Shown piece after piece: positions 51,397 through 62,599 of a DNA stretch of 64,000 nucleotides; positions within the stretch are counted from its first letter, which is position 1; the number at the start of each line of letters is the position of its first letter. The position numbers and the translations under genes are program-made. Source of the DNA: Mizuhopecten yessoensis (Eukaryota); contig NW_018408551.1 in assembly GCF_002113885.1 (NCBI RefSeq), forward strand, positions 1,017,206 through 1,081,205, in the 5' to 3' direction. The notes under the pieces are model-generated. The model searched no databases and had not been told where the DNA came from. It saw only the letters and a list, made by a program, of their open reading frames with translations.

Positions 51397-51415
51397 ATGT
51401 GCTGGTTTCTTTAAG
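51397..51415 (+). CDS. NR2E1: tailless/Tlx exon 3, 19-nt micro-exon (G-CAGFFK)
   Basis: tttcag|atgtgctggtttctttaag|gtaatt supplies exactly the residues missing between exons 2 and 4, with correct phases (2 in, 0 out). Confidence 0.95.
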
Positions 51416-53834
51416 GTAATTATTTTTTAATTTTTCTTTAGGATATTAAGACACAAACTTGCTATATCGTTGTCTCTTAACGCTCATGAAGTTTCTTCAT
51501 TCTGTCATTGCCAATATAAAAACAAAAACAAAATATCAAATTAACTTAGTAACACCTCAAGGTGTAACAGATTCCAATCTAACACGTTCGCGTGTGTATT
51601 GTATCGATAACTAACAGTCAATTATCGGAGAAACAATACTTCAATTGAACGTGTGCTCTGTTCCAATTAACGCGGATTTTACTCATTGGCACTGGTTTTA
51701 TTTCTTCCGTCCAGAGACTTTATTGAGGTCGAAAAGTCTAAAATATTTATATGTGATAATTGACTTTGTAATATTATACGACTCTGTGGACAGGCAATCC
51801 AATTTCATTTTCCGTTCCCCTTTACGTGCTGCACTCTTTCCATGAATGTTAAATCGGATTGAGGTAAGCGTATGCATGCAATGTCCAAACGGTATTGTCA
51901 CGACATTTCCCCGTAATATCCTAGTTAGACCGGAAGTGGCCACCTGGTGAGTCCCGCAGGCATTGCAGGAGGCGATGACGCCATTTCAGTTTATGTATTT
52001 TTCTCGCAAAATACGCGTGCAAAACACACCTCACTCTCATTAAAGTGACAATAACTTAGAATACTTGCAGTAGTCATTTTGGTTTAATGCAAACATTCTA
52101 TATCCCGTAATCATGATTTAAGATAAATAGCTCCGTTTAAAGCAAAGCTACTGAAATTAGAAAATAAAAATAGCATTGCATATAAATTATCAATGATAAG
52201 GAACGAACTGAAGGTGCAATCATAATTTCACTTTACATAAGCAATGGAATGTAGGTGCAATTAAAACATCATTTTACGTAAAATATATGATATAAAGTAT
52301 CATGTTACAAATTAAGTAATTTACATTTTATTATTTTTTCAAAAGATTTAAACCTATAACTTTATTTGATAGGACTGCAGTATTTCATTTATATATTTAA
52401 ACGATGTACTGAATATAATATAAAAAGAAAACAGAATGCCAGTATCCGTATTAGTAAAAGATATCACTGTTTTGGTATAGTATTCAATAGTTGTATATCT
52501 AGACATCATGGAATGGCGATTAACTTTACACTATAACGATGAGACAAGAGTTTTAACATAGGGGTAACATCCGCGGTGCCTAATCCCTGTTAATGCCAAT
52601 GGCAGATCATACACGTCCTTCTAAATGTTACATACCCACTCGACTACCTGGATAGGAATCAAACATAGGGGGTAGGTATCATGGTACACTCATATATTTC
52701 TGTTTTTTGTCAACTTAATGCGGTATCAAGCATTTTGAATAAGATACTATCTAAATCACAGGAATGTGTATTATTTATTCTAAAGTCGACTTTACCTTAA
52801 GCGTAAGACAAACAAAACTAAATATAATGACGATGTATTGTTATTATAAAAGGTTAAGAAATATTACAATGATTATTAAGTATTAAGCTATCAACGCTCG
52901 ACCAATTGAGATACCAACATTTTGAGAGTGTCGTCACTCATATACTGATCTCATTTAATCACCGACTTACGACATACTGACTACAAAGACTCGCTAACCA
53001 CATATTTCTAAGGTCGCTTAACACATCTAAAAATTATCCGATCGATTCCGACGACTCGTGGCAGAGACTAAGCCGCGTGTTTGGAACATAAAGCCGCATA
53101 TCTCCGTTAAGTTTACCACACGATTTTCTTTTCCCTCTAATACAGTTTGAACTAGTCACATCAAAAAAGACCTGCACTTGACTGGGGGAAAAGACCACAC
53201 AAATATTCATTTTTGACCGGTGTAATGGATAAAAATATTCTTACACAAAGTGTCTACTGTTTGTACAATTAGATGTTCTTTTCAAACAAGTTTGGCACTT
53301 TTTGACAATATATTTCAAACGTTCTTGTGATTCACGGTAAACACAGGTCACTCCCCTAGATCAACATTATTTCTTTTGTTCCCTTTTATGAGGGAGGTCT
53401 GGTTTAAAAACTTTATAGTCGTGTTTGATAACGAACATTTATGATAATCCTCATCTCTGTTTGACACTATTCATGTGCACCTTCGCAAATATCAATAACG
53501 TTATTGATATCGTTGACCCTTGAATATGGCCATCGGTTGTGGAACGTTAGTACAGGGCACCAACATGACAAGCATGCTTTTACCGAGATTAAAGTGACCG
53601 CTAAAGTCATCTTAGTAGTATTTTACCAGTTGACATGAACGATTGAAATCTTCGTGTTTGATCAGTCAACTTAAATACTTAAGACGTGTTTCATGGGATT
53701 ATTTACTCGTCCCGTGTTTTACTGGTAACTTGTTTTCACTTAAAGTTAATTCCATATATAATATAGTAGTCATTGATAACATAATTTCGGGAATGTTATT
53801 TGTTTTGTCATTAGTTAAGTATTGCATGTTACAG

Positions 53835-53970
53835 AGGTCAATCAGACGCAACAGACAGTACGTATGCAAATCGAGAGGTCAGGGTCGCTGCCCCGTGGAC
53901 AAGACTCACAGAAATCAGTGCCGCGCGTGCAGGCTTGGGAAATGTGTGGACGCTGGAATGAATAAAGATG
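53835..53970 (+). CDS. NR2E1: tailless/Tlx exon 4, zinc finger 2 ([13 protein letters not shown]...[17 protein letters not shown])
   Basis: ttacag acceptor, gtgagt donor. Confidence 0.97.
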
Positions 53971-54125
53971 GTGAGTGTCTTTTAACTTTTTGTATTTTTT
54001 AAAAACGTGATTAGCATTGTTTGCATAATTATCCAATTGCATTATAACTTGCAAATCATAAACAAAAGTAAGAGGAATACTTGTTTCTATATTCCAAGGG
54101 TAAAATACATATTTGTATCTTACAG

Positions 54126-54364
54126 CTGTACAGCATGAGAGAGGGCCACGCAACTCCACAATTCGCCGACAGGTTGCTATGTATCTGAAAGAGACGAGCG
54201 AGTACGGGGGTTATCTCCCCCATTCTCCCTTCCGGCCCTCCTATCTAACGGGTTGTCTGAATGTAGAGCCAGTGGCGGACGGTATCACCACAATCAGTGC
54301 CACAGGACCACCCTCCCCCGTGTCTCCAACTTCATCCGGTCTTTTATGTCATCCTACAGCTAAG
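54126..54364 (+). CDS. NR2E1: tailless/Tlx exon 5, T/A box and hinge (AVQHERGPRNST...HPTAK)
   Basis: ttacag acceptor, gtatgt donor, phase consistent. Confidence 0.95.
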
Positions 54365-54737
54365 GTATGTATATACTACAGAGGCGCAGCTTAGAATGAC
54401 ATACAAAGTACAAATCATTCCTTTTCTTCTTTTCAAAAGCATTGCTTGACACATGTAGTAGTTTAAAATCATCCACTGTAGATAGTTGATGTTTCGAAGA
54501 TGCTAGAAAAAATCGAGATAATGAGGGTCATCGAAATATCGTTTTTAACTGTAATAATAGATTGCAACCAGAAATCCAACTTCACATTTTTCGGATGTAA
54601 AGACGATACGCGATTGTAAAACACAGCATATTATGTACTGGAAGAATTTTCTTGGAAAAATGCAAAAAACGAAGTGAATAACTCTTTTGTTTTTTCTCTC
54701 TCTAAAATTACTGATGTGTACTTCGGTTTTATTTCAG

Positions 54738-54969
54738 TACCCACATGAAGTTATGCAGGCATATTCAAGTAATCCAGAGGCAGTGTGTGAGGTCGCTGCA
54801 AGACTTTTATTTATGAGTGTAAAATGGACAAAGAATGTCCCCGCATTTTTGGGTCTGCCCTTTAGGGATCAGCTACTATTGCTAGAGGAGGGCTGGCGGG
54901 AGCTTTTTGTCCTTGGGGCTGCACAGTTCCAGATGCCATTTGAAGCTGGTCCGCTATTAAGTGCTGCAG
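54738..54969 (+). CDS. NR2E1: tailless/Tlx exon 6, LBD helices 3-5 (YPHE...[14 protein letters not shown]...[10 protein letters not shown])
   Basis: tttcag acceptor, gtaggg donor, nuclear receptor LBD signature. Confidence 0.96.
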
Positions 54970-55218
54970 GTAGGGTATTTTACGTGTTACTATTACAAAT
55001 TGGGAAAATAGTTCATATTACTGTATGTTACATAAGTACACTTTCAAATATATGTGAATTAAACTCATATCCATAACATATAATGAAAATCAAACTATAT
55101 TAAAATGATTTGAAAAATTATATAATCTGACAAAACTTTAGCTGTGTTGTTTGCTTTGTCAGAGGGTATGTATCTCGCCAATACAAGGTTGTAAAACCAT
55201 GTTGATATTTTCTTTTAG

Positions 55219-55368
55219 GTATTAACACAGACGAATCTCCTGCCGAGCAAGTTGTCAACATAATGACAGAGTTAAGAGCATTTCAGGAAATCCTTTCAAA
55301 ATTCAAATCATTGCAAGTCGATCCTACGGAGTTTGCCTGCCTGAAGGGAATAGTTCTGTTCAAAACAG
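55219..55368 (+). CDS. NR2E1: tailless/Tlx exon 7, LBD (GINTDES...[17 protein letters not shown])
   Basis: ttttag acceptor, gtaacc donor, EFACLK motif. Not in the ORF track. Confidence 0.96.
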
Positions 55369-55729
55369 GTAACCATTTTATACGAACGTAGAGAAACAAT
55401 CATTACTAGATACAGAAGAACATGGGATGTAAAACAGTCATCAATGTAAGAGACAGGGGCGAGTTCCCAAAGGACGTCAACTTTCATAGCGTAAATACAG
55501 TGTTCCTGATATGTCGACATTGTGTAGGGAAATTCACGTGTTGTAAGCGTTTAGTCGCATGTTGTTTTAGTATATTATTATACGGGTTATCAATCAAAAC
55601 ATGTTCGCTCATTTTGTAACTAGCAGTACGTTCTGCTACACTAGCCGTTTAATATTCTATTATTCTATTTTATAATGGGTTATGGTAAATGAAATACATC
55701 AACTAAATGGTCGTGATAATTTCTTGCAG

Positions 55730-56001
55730 CGTTTCCATCGACATCATCATCGGACGTAAAAACACTGAGAGACTTTCATACCGTTGCCGCTCTTCAGGAT
55801 CAAGCACAATTGACTCTGAGCAAATATATACAAGTCACCTACCCAACGCAACCATTCCGATTCGGCAAGCTGTTGCTTCTCCTCCCCACCTTAAAATCCA
55901 TATCCGGGAGCACCATTGCCGATCTCTTCTTCAGAAAGACAATTGGGTCTATCCCTATCGAACGGCTCCTTATAGACATGTTCAAATCTTCGGACTTTTG
56001 A
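55730..56001 (+). CDS. NR2E1: tailless/Tlx exon 8, LBD end and AF-2 (ALQDQAQ...RFGKLLLLLP...LFFRKTIG..PIERLLIDMFKSSDF*)
   Basis: ttgcag acceptor, TGA at 55999-56001. Confidence 0.96.
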
Positions 56002-57420
56002 AGACAAAATACCATTATCATTGTTCATATTTCTCATTAGTGCTCATTGTTCATTTCGGGTAAATTGTTATGTATTGCACATACTATATACATAATCAAA
56101 TGTGCATGTATTTTTTAAAAATAATAATGATTTATAAAAGCAAATTGTTCATACAATCCCTAGTCAAATACTACATGATTCAATTGAAATCAAAGCATGT
56201 ATCCATGTTACTTCTGGTCATTGAAAGTTAGGTGTCCTTTATGTCAAAAGCCCTAAAGAGGGAAAACAAATCCTAGTATATCTCGTGCTTTTTATAATAA
56301 ATATGAAGGCTAATGCAGAAACGCATCACCTTATCAATATAGGAAGATATATATGCAATATCCAAATAAGATCATTAATCTTCAACAGTGTTTCTCATAG
56401 ACAGTATATTCGATATTGAAAAGTAATTTATAACGTATTTTTAAATCATAAATATTGCAACTTCGTATTTAGAACAACAGATTACATTTCGAATAAAAGA
56501 AAATATTGTTTAGGAAAGTAACACCATTATATAAATAAATAAACTTAATGATGTAGTGTGATAATGTTGTCCTTGACTGACTTTTATATCCGCGTGCTAG
56601 GATTTCTTCTCGGTTGCAGGGGTATTTAACACCTGGCTACTATTACAACTTGTTAGTTGACTCGCTTCACAAACATTTCTGAGCACGATCCGTCTTTGTC
56701 ATGTTCGACTTCACCTTCTGTGAAGAAGAGTCTGTATTGAATTAAATCTTCTGACTTTAGCCCCGAGCTTCTCTCCTGATCAAATGACAAATTAAAATTC
56801 GGTGTTAACAAGTCAAAACACTATCACATATCACATACCAAGGTACTTCAAAATCAAAGTTAACGTTTATCTGACTCAGTCTACAGGCAATGCGGCAAGG
56901 GGGACACAATACGTGTGAAATCCAACTCATTCATCAAACTTACTGGCATTATGGTATATACAAATATAATACCAGCTCATATCGAAAACCAGTCCAATAG
57001 TCGGACAAAAAATTATGTTCAAATATACACCATACAATCATCTGTTGATTGACTACACTAATGTTGAAAGTATACAATTAATACGAGAACTCTGTTGAAT
57101 ATGTTTATTATATTTCACGATGTAACTTCGCACTTCTATATACCACTTGGTCGTTCTTATTTTAACTTTCAAAGATCTTTAATATATATTGAACATGCGC
57201 GGTCACCTTAATTTTGTGCTTGTGCTGCGGTGTACATACCAGATATATATAGACATATATGTGTTGCTTTTACGGTAATTAGTTCGCAAATATATTATGT
57301 GCAATAAAATATATGTTATGTAAATTTCATCACAGTTACCATGCTCAAACTGTTAATGGATGTAAAATGTTTATGAAATAATAAAATGATAATACGATAT
57401 AATGGTGTATTGTGTTTAAT
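56002..57420 (+). promoter_or_regulatory. Probable 3' UTR with several candidate poly(A) signals
   Basis: AATAAA at ~56296, 56492, 56533, 57303 and 57380; the last is followed by a GT-rich tract at 57403-57417. Confidence 0.4.
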
Positions 57421-59732
57421 TTAACATGACGTTTTGCATGTACGCCTCTTTATTCTTATACTGGTAAGAAAAACTATTTGTTATAAAACATTCGGCCGAG
57501 GAAGGACAGGTGATGGGATTTCATTGGTGAAAATGATGTTTTAAAAGAGATATTTTAGATATTTATCTATCAATTGTTTAACCATCAGACCACTGAGTTT
57601 GTAAAAGATGTTCTTTAACATACATAAACTAAAACAGTGTACAGTAGTGTCTGACTTAATGTAAACACACAAAGGGGATTTCGGGATTCCATGTCGGTTC
57701 AAACAAAATGAAAGTCACCATTGACCTCCACATACATCGAAAGAACAGGTCAAACATGTTCTTCCCCAAATATGGCACAAGTGACAATGTCCCTCCAAAT
57801 CCGGGAAAATCGTCAGTCTATATCAATCGAAAACTAATATTTATTATTTCTTTTTACTAAAATATTTTAAAACAGAGTTCAAATAAAACAGACCTAATAC
57901 ATGTAAATGAAAAAAGTATCAACATACACAGATTAGACTATTACTGTAATTACACATTCTATGGAATAAAGTAATAGACAAACAGAAGACATTCAAAAGC
58001 CACTAATATAATCGGTTCTGTTTCCGTTTCGCCTTATACGGCATGCTGGAAGAGCAATATCACCAATGCTGACGACTTGGTGAAAAATAAAATACAAAAG
58101 GCTTTGGGGATAAAATGAATACAATAAAAGCAATAATGTCTCTTTTGTCAAAAAAACATTAACTTGTGAACAATGTTATAGATCAGAATACAATATCAAT
58201 ATCAAAGTTATAGATATATAACGTCAACATTACAAAGCTAATCTATCAATGTCGGGTCAACAAGTAATATTGTATTATTTTCATAAAGGAAGTTGGTTAA
58301 TTATAGTATAATGACTTAAACCGATCACTCACTAAATGTCCGCCATCAATAATAGGGGCCCGACATAAGAATGCCAGAAATGTATTAACTTTGAGGTAAC
58401 AGTGCCTCTAATAAACAAAACGTCTTGGGCCACACAGGAGGTTATCGGACACCTCATGGGAACGAAATGGTATAACAAAAAAAGATTCTTCAAAACGGAC
58501 TTTCCAAAGCTATATTTGCTCCGCCATTTTATTCAGTACATATACCCTGTAGGCTTTTTGACATCAATTAAAAGGGTCATATCACAAAGTCGGTAGTGAA
58601 AAGTATTGGCAGCTTTTTTAAAACCAAATTTTCGATATTTGTATGAAAATCTTATTTACACCATTTTTTGGCAATAATAATAAATGTATCAATATAAACA
58701 GAGTCAGGTATCTATATCATCCTTAAAGCAGTCAAGTTCTGTCACGCAATTAAAAAGAACAGATGTCGTTTTTATATTAATTACGAATTTCTGACGGAAA
58801 GATAACCATGCTTTTTCTGAGGCAGTAACAAAAAAATGTAAAGGAAATGAAGTGCCCGTATATTAAAAGGAGTGTAGCGCTCTTGAAAAACAGCAATATC
58901 CCTGACACCAACGCCTTTGGAATTGAAGGTAAAGGGGTACCGGGGAGTCACCAGTAAGTGGAGTCGATGGTTAATCAAGTTCTAATTAAATTAAAAACAG
59001 TAACCTAAGTGTTATACTTTCTGGAGCCAGTTCCCTTTTGACTCATGACAGATAGAAATTTTAAGGATGTGAAAATGTTTCAATTTCTTTCAAGTTTGTG
59101 AAAAGTTCCGAGTAGAGTAAATAATTATCGACGTGTGAAATTGAACTTCTTTTTAAGATGTAAGGAAAACTCACACGGAGTCAACAATTTTGTGTAAACG
59201 TCCTGCTGGTTTTGATATTAAGTATAGAATATTCATAAGTCTAGCCGAAAGGGGGCGTTTTTATTTAGATTGTTAATTGCCTTTTTGTAGGAGCAAGTGT
59301 AAAATTAATTTAATTCAGTTCACTCTCAAAATATTATTAGAATGATTCAAACAAAACCGAAGAGGTAAAATACAAAGATATGAAAAAGTGAAAAAAAATA
59401 AAAGATATGATTATTTCAAACAGCCATGCAGATCCTAATAAAATGATAAAATACACACACATTATTTGGACACTTTTTCACTTTATACAAGCAGCGCATA
59501 TATGTTTTAGTAAATTATCATAAAGAAGCGTTTAAAAGTTTAAATCAGACGTATTGATGTTTTCTCCGTTTTAATACCTACTGACTGATACTTTACTTTT
59601 ACTTTAAACATATGTATTGCCAATAAAATTGAACAAGGGATTAGGCACAAGTTATTACAACTTATGACAGCCTTCTCCCGTCATACATTTACAATTACAT
59701 GTCAACAATGATTATAGGCATAAACATGAAGT

Positions 59733-59734
<2 letters not shown>

Positions 59735-59767
<33 letters not shown>
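59735..59767. repeat. (AT)n microsatellite
   Basis: About 16 AT dinucleotides. Confidence 0.98.
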
Positions 59768-59772
<5 letters not shown>

Positions 59773-61040
59773 CACACAGGTACAAATACACAACTTTAAA
59801 AAAGCACCGTTCCAAATCTTACTGACTGATCTTTAACCTTCGTTTATTCCTTCTATTTACTTTACAAGGATTGTGAAGCGCGTAATTTTGCCAATGCGTA
59901 TTTTTGAGAAATAACTAATAACTCACTGACAAAGGCAGACCTGTTTATACGAACAATATAAACGAAGTTAAAGTTGGGTAGAAAAACGTCCAATGACCTT
60001 AACTCTGCCGTTTTTTTTAATCATTTTTCATTTTTTCATTTTTTTTTTGTGAGGGTGTAATCAGTTTCACGATATTCCTTTACTTAGAGAAAAATCATTA
60101 ACCCAGACAGATTTTTCCACTAGAGAGCAGTCAGGGAAATTAAAAAAATGAAGAGACATTTATTTTACCTTCATTAATGCATTCGTGAAGCCATGTCGGC
60201 TTACAAAAATCTATACCGCTCTGAACATACCCTACTGCCTTTAAAGCGAGATAACTCTTACCATCTACAAACATAAAAGGTCGATTTCACTCGAATTTCA
60301 TTTTGCCTTTGAAAGCTAAGCATCAACCTAGTATTCTTCAGTACAGGTGCACTAAGGAAATATCAGTCTGGAAGGCATCCTATCATTGATCAAACCTAGC
60401 CCCGGTATATGGGTAAACAAGTGACGTTTTTTTAAACAGTGAGTGAACAATTATTATCAGTCATTTTAACAATCATAGAAAACGGCAGACAAAAAACACA
60501 GAGAAATCTAGCATAGCCTAAAACAGCATGATGGGCCCCCAGGAAAATTAGGATAATGCAGACTCAGAAAATTCTGAGTGTGGACAGGTATCCCCTACTA
60601 CAAATTGCATTTCCTCCAATCAGATAATACTCTATGTACTCTTGGTACCTTTGGATGTATTTTTGGTCCCTTTGATCTGGATTTAGGACTGATACGTACT
60701 ACATTTGTGTATATCAGGCGTGGATAGAAACCTCGTATCCATACTGTTGTAGTAAAACTACCTAGGACACGAAGGGGAATACACCTGTAATTAAGTATGC
60801 ATGTGATAACAGCTGACGGACAGGGAGACATTTGATTGGTCCGTGACGGGTCACTCAAATAGGACACATGGTGAGATCAGGATTGGCACGAGATTACCCG
60901 AGAATAGGCAGTCATGTACACGTGCGCTGGTAGCACAAGCATTAGAGGTAAGTCATTCTAAAGTTTCAGGATTTTATAAGTATTTGTAAAAGTTATATAA
61001 AAGTACCTAGTGTCTTTTATACAGTAAATGTAATGTATAG

Positions 61041-61242
61041 GAATTATTATTATTATTTAGATTAAGGGTAATTACTGTATTTTTGGTTATGTAATAGCCA
61101 TGTGAATTAATAATTGAATAATTAAATTTGAACAATAAATTGAATTTGAACAATAATTGAATTTGAACAATAATTGAATTATTATTATTATATGAATTGA
61201 AGGTAATTACTGTATTTTTGGTTATGTAAAAGCCATGTGAAT
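61041..61242. repeat. 67-bp direct repeat (period 135) enclosing three 17-18-bp repeats
   Basis: gaattattattatta...ggtaattactgtatttttggttatgtaa.agccatgtgaat at 61041 and 61176; aatttgaacaat x3 in between. Confidence 0.9.
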
Positions 61243-61510
61243 ACTTTAAGGACATTGAAGGTCATTAGTCAATAATGTTAGTAAAATATGATTGAGATTA
61301 AAAAAATATTATTTAGGTTATTGATTAATGTCATTGTACCAGGGTTTTAATACTATATTATTTTCATTTATAGAATATGATACAAATCATCCTTTCATCA
61401 TGAGGATGAAAATGAAAGAGTCGGTAGACAAGCCCTTGTCCATTTGTAGGGGTATATGTTGATAGGTTTTACTTTTCTTATCTATTGGAATGTACATATA
61501 TATTTAAATG

Positions 61511-61900
61511 CAACTAATGAGACATTCCGTAGCAGATTGGAGATTTTTCACATTTACCGTGCCTGATTTCCAAATGCAGATGTTCCACGTTTTTGATATC
61601 TCTCGTTGACTCACTTTATATGATAGTGCATCTTGCGCAAGAATAGGTCCTCTACATCAGCGTTCCTTGTCCGCGATTCTCTCAGCTCAATTGCTGCCTT
61701 CGGCTGTCTTTAGCCGAGGGGACTATTGGTTTTATATAATAGCTATATTTTCTCTATAGTATATCAATTCTATCTTCTTGTAATATGATGTATATGTACA
61801 TGTAACTGTTCTGTTTCACTGTGTCTTGAAAAAGGAGCGGGTCGCTCCGAAAATTTGACAACCTAAACTTGTCCACACTGTTAGAATTACTTCTTTGCCC
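61511..61900 (+). mobile_element. 390-bp non-coding Penelope-like (pseudo-LTR) insertion with 16-bp TSD
   Basis: catatatatttaaatg is duplicated exactly at 61495-61510 and 61901-61916; the insert has a hammerhead fold near its 3' end. Confidence 0.8.
61822..61860 (+). ncRNA. Minimal type I hammerhead ribozyme motif, U3-A8 core variant
   Basis: Stem I TGTC/GACA, core TTGAAAA plus an extra A, stem II GGAGCG-ggt-CGCTCC, GAA, palindromic stem III AATT, cleavage nucleotide T61856. Confidence 0.7.
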
Positions 61901-62599
61901 CATATATATTTAAATGAGTATATCTCCGGGGAGCTAAACTGTATGTGTAAATTACCATATGGTATATCTTCAATAATTAATCATATTCAATAATGAAAGA
62001 TAGCTGTATTCTTTCGAAAAGTATTTCAGAATATACATAAGGAATGGAATAACATTGATAAAATATATGTTATGTGAAACAAGTATATTTTAAGAATAGG
62101 GTATAATTGTATAATAGTTTGAGTAAGAGTAATTTCCCTTGGTATGTACGAGAGTGGCATGTGTGTACACACCTGTTTGGAACTATGTTTACTCGGTTAC
62201 AAAAAAACAGGGACATGAGAATCAACCACATGAATCTGACATTTAAACTGTAAGTCAATTGACAACATGCGTCTACAAAGTACATCTGTAGCTTATGAAG
62301 ATGTTTATACTAAAGTACCTCGCAAATGCTTGTTTACACTTAATTATCAGATTACTGTGTATCAATGCTGTCTAGGACGTATATAACTGTACATATGTTT
62401 GGCATAGTCCCGATGTATGGAGTAATCCTATCAGTTACCAAAATCTACATCCAGTAACAATCAACAAGTACAGCGTAATTCATAGATATTACAAAAGCGT
62501 GAGACCGGCCTGATTGTAACTCTGTTTTTTACACCAAAATTAGAAGGTACTAAAACATATTAAGTATGCATGCATATTATTTGATCATAATCGAATCAA

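Larger units (their letters stand above)
48581..56001 (+). other. NR2E1: tailless/Tlx orphan nuclear receptor gene, coding span (8 exons, 385 aa)
   Basis: join(48581..48608,51078..51159,51397..51415,53835..53970,54126..54364,54738..54969,55219..55368,55730..56001) = 1158 nt, open frame, all [35 protein letters not shown] box AVQHERGPRNST and AF-2 PIERLLIDMFK are tailless-type. Confidence 0.96.

Noticed and set aside
53643-56063. ORF-track starts and extensions around the nuclear receptor exons
   Set aside because: They run into introns or alternative frames; splice sites and homology define the true exon limits.
56002-57420. miR-9 site as in the vertebrate TLX 3' UTR
   Set aside because: No ACCAAAG seed match seen; the nearest is accaagg at ~56837.
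61511-61820. SECIS element or GIY-YIG coding remnant in the Penelope-like insert
   Set aside because: No convincing AUGA/GA quartet stem or protein motif recognised.
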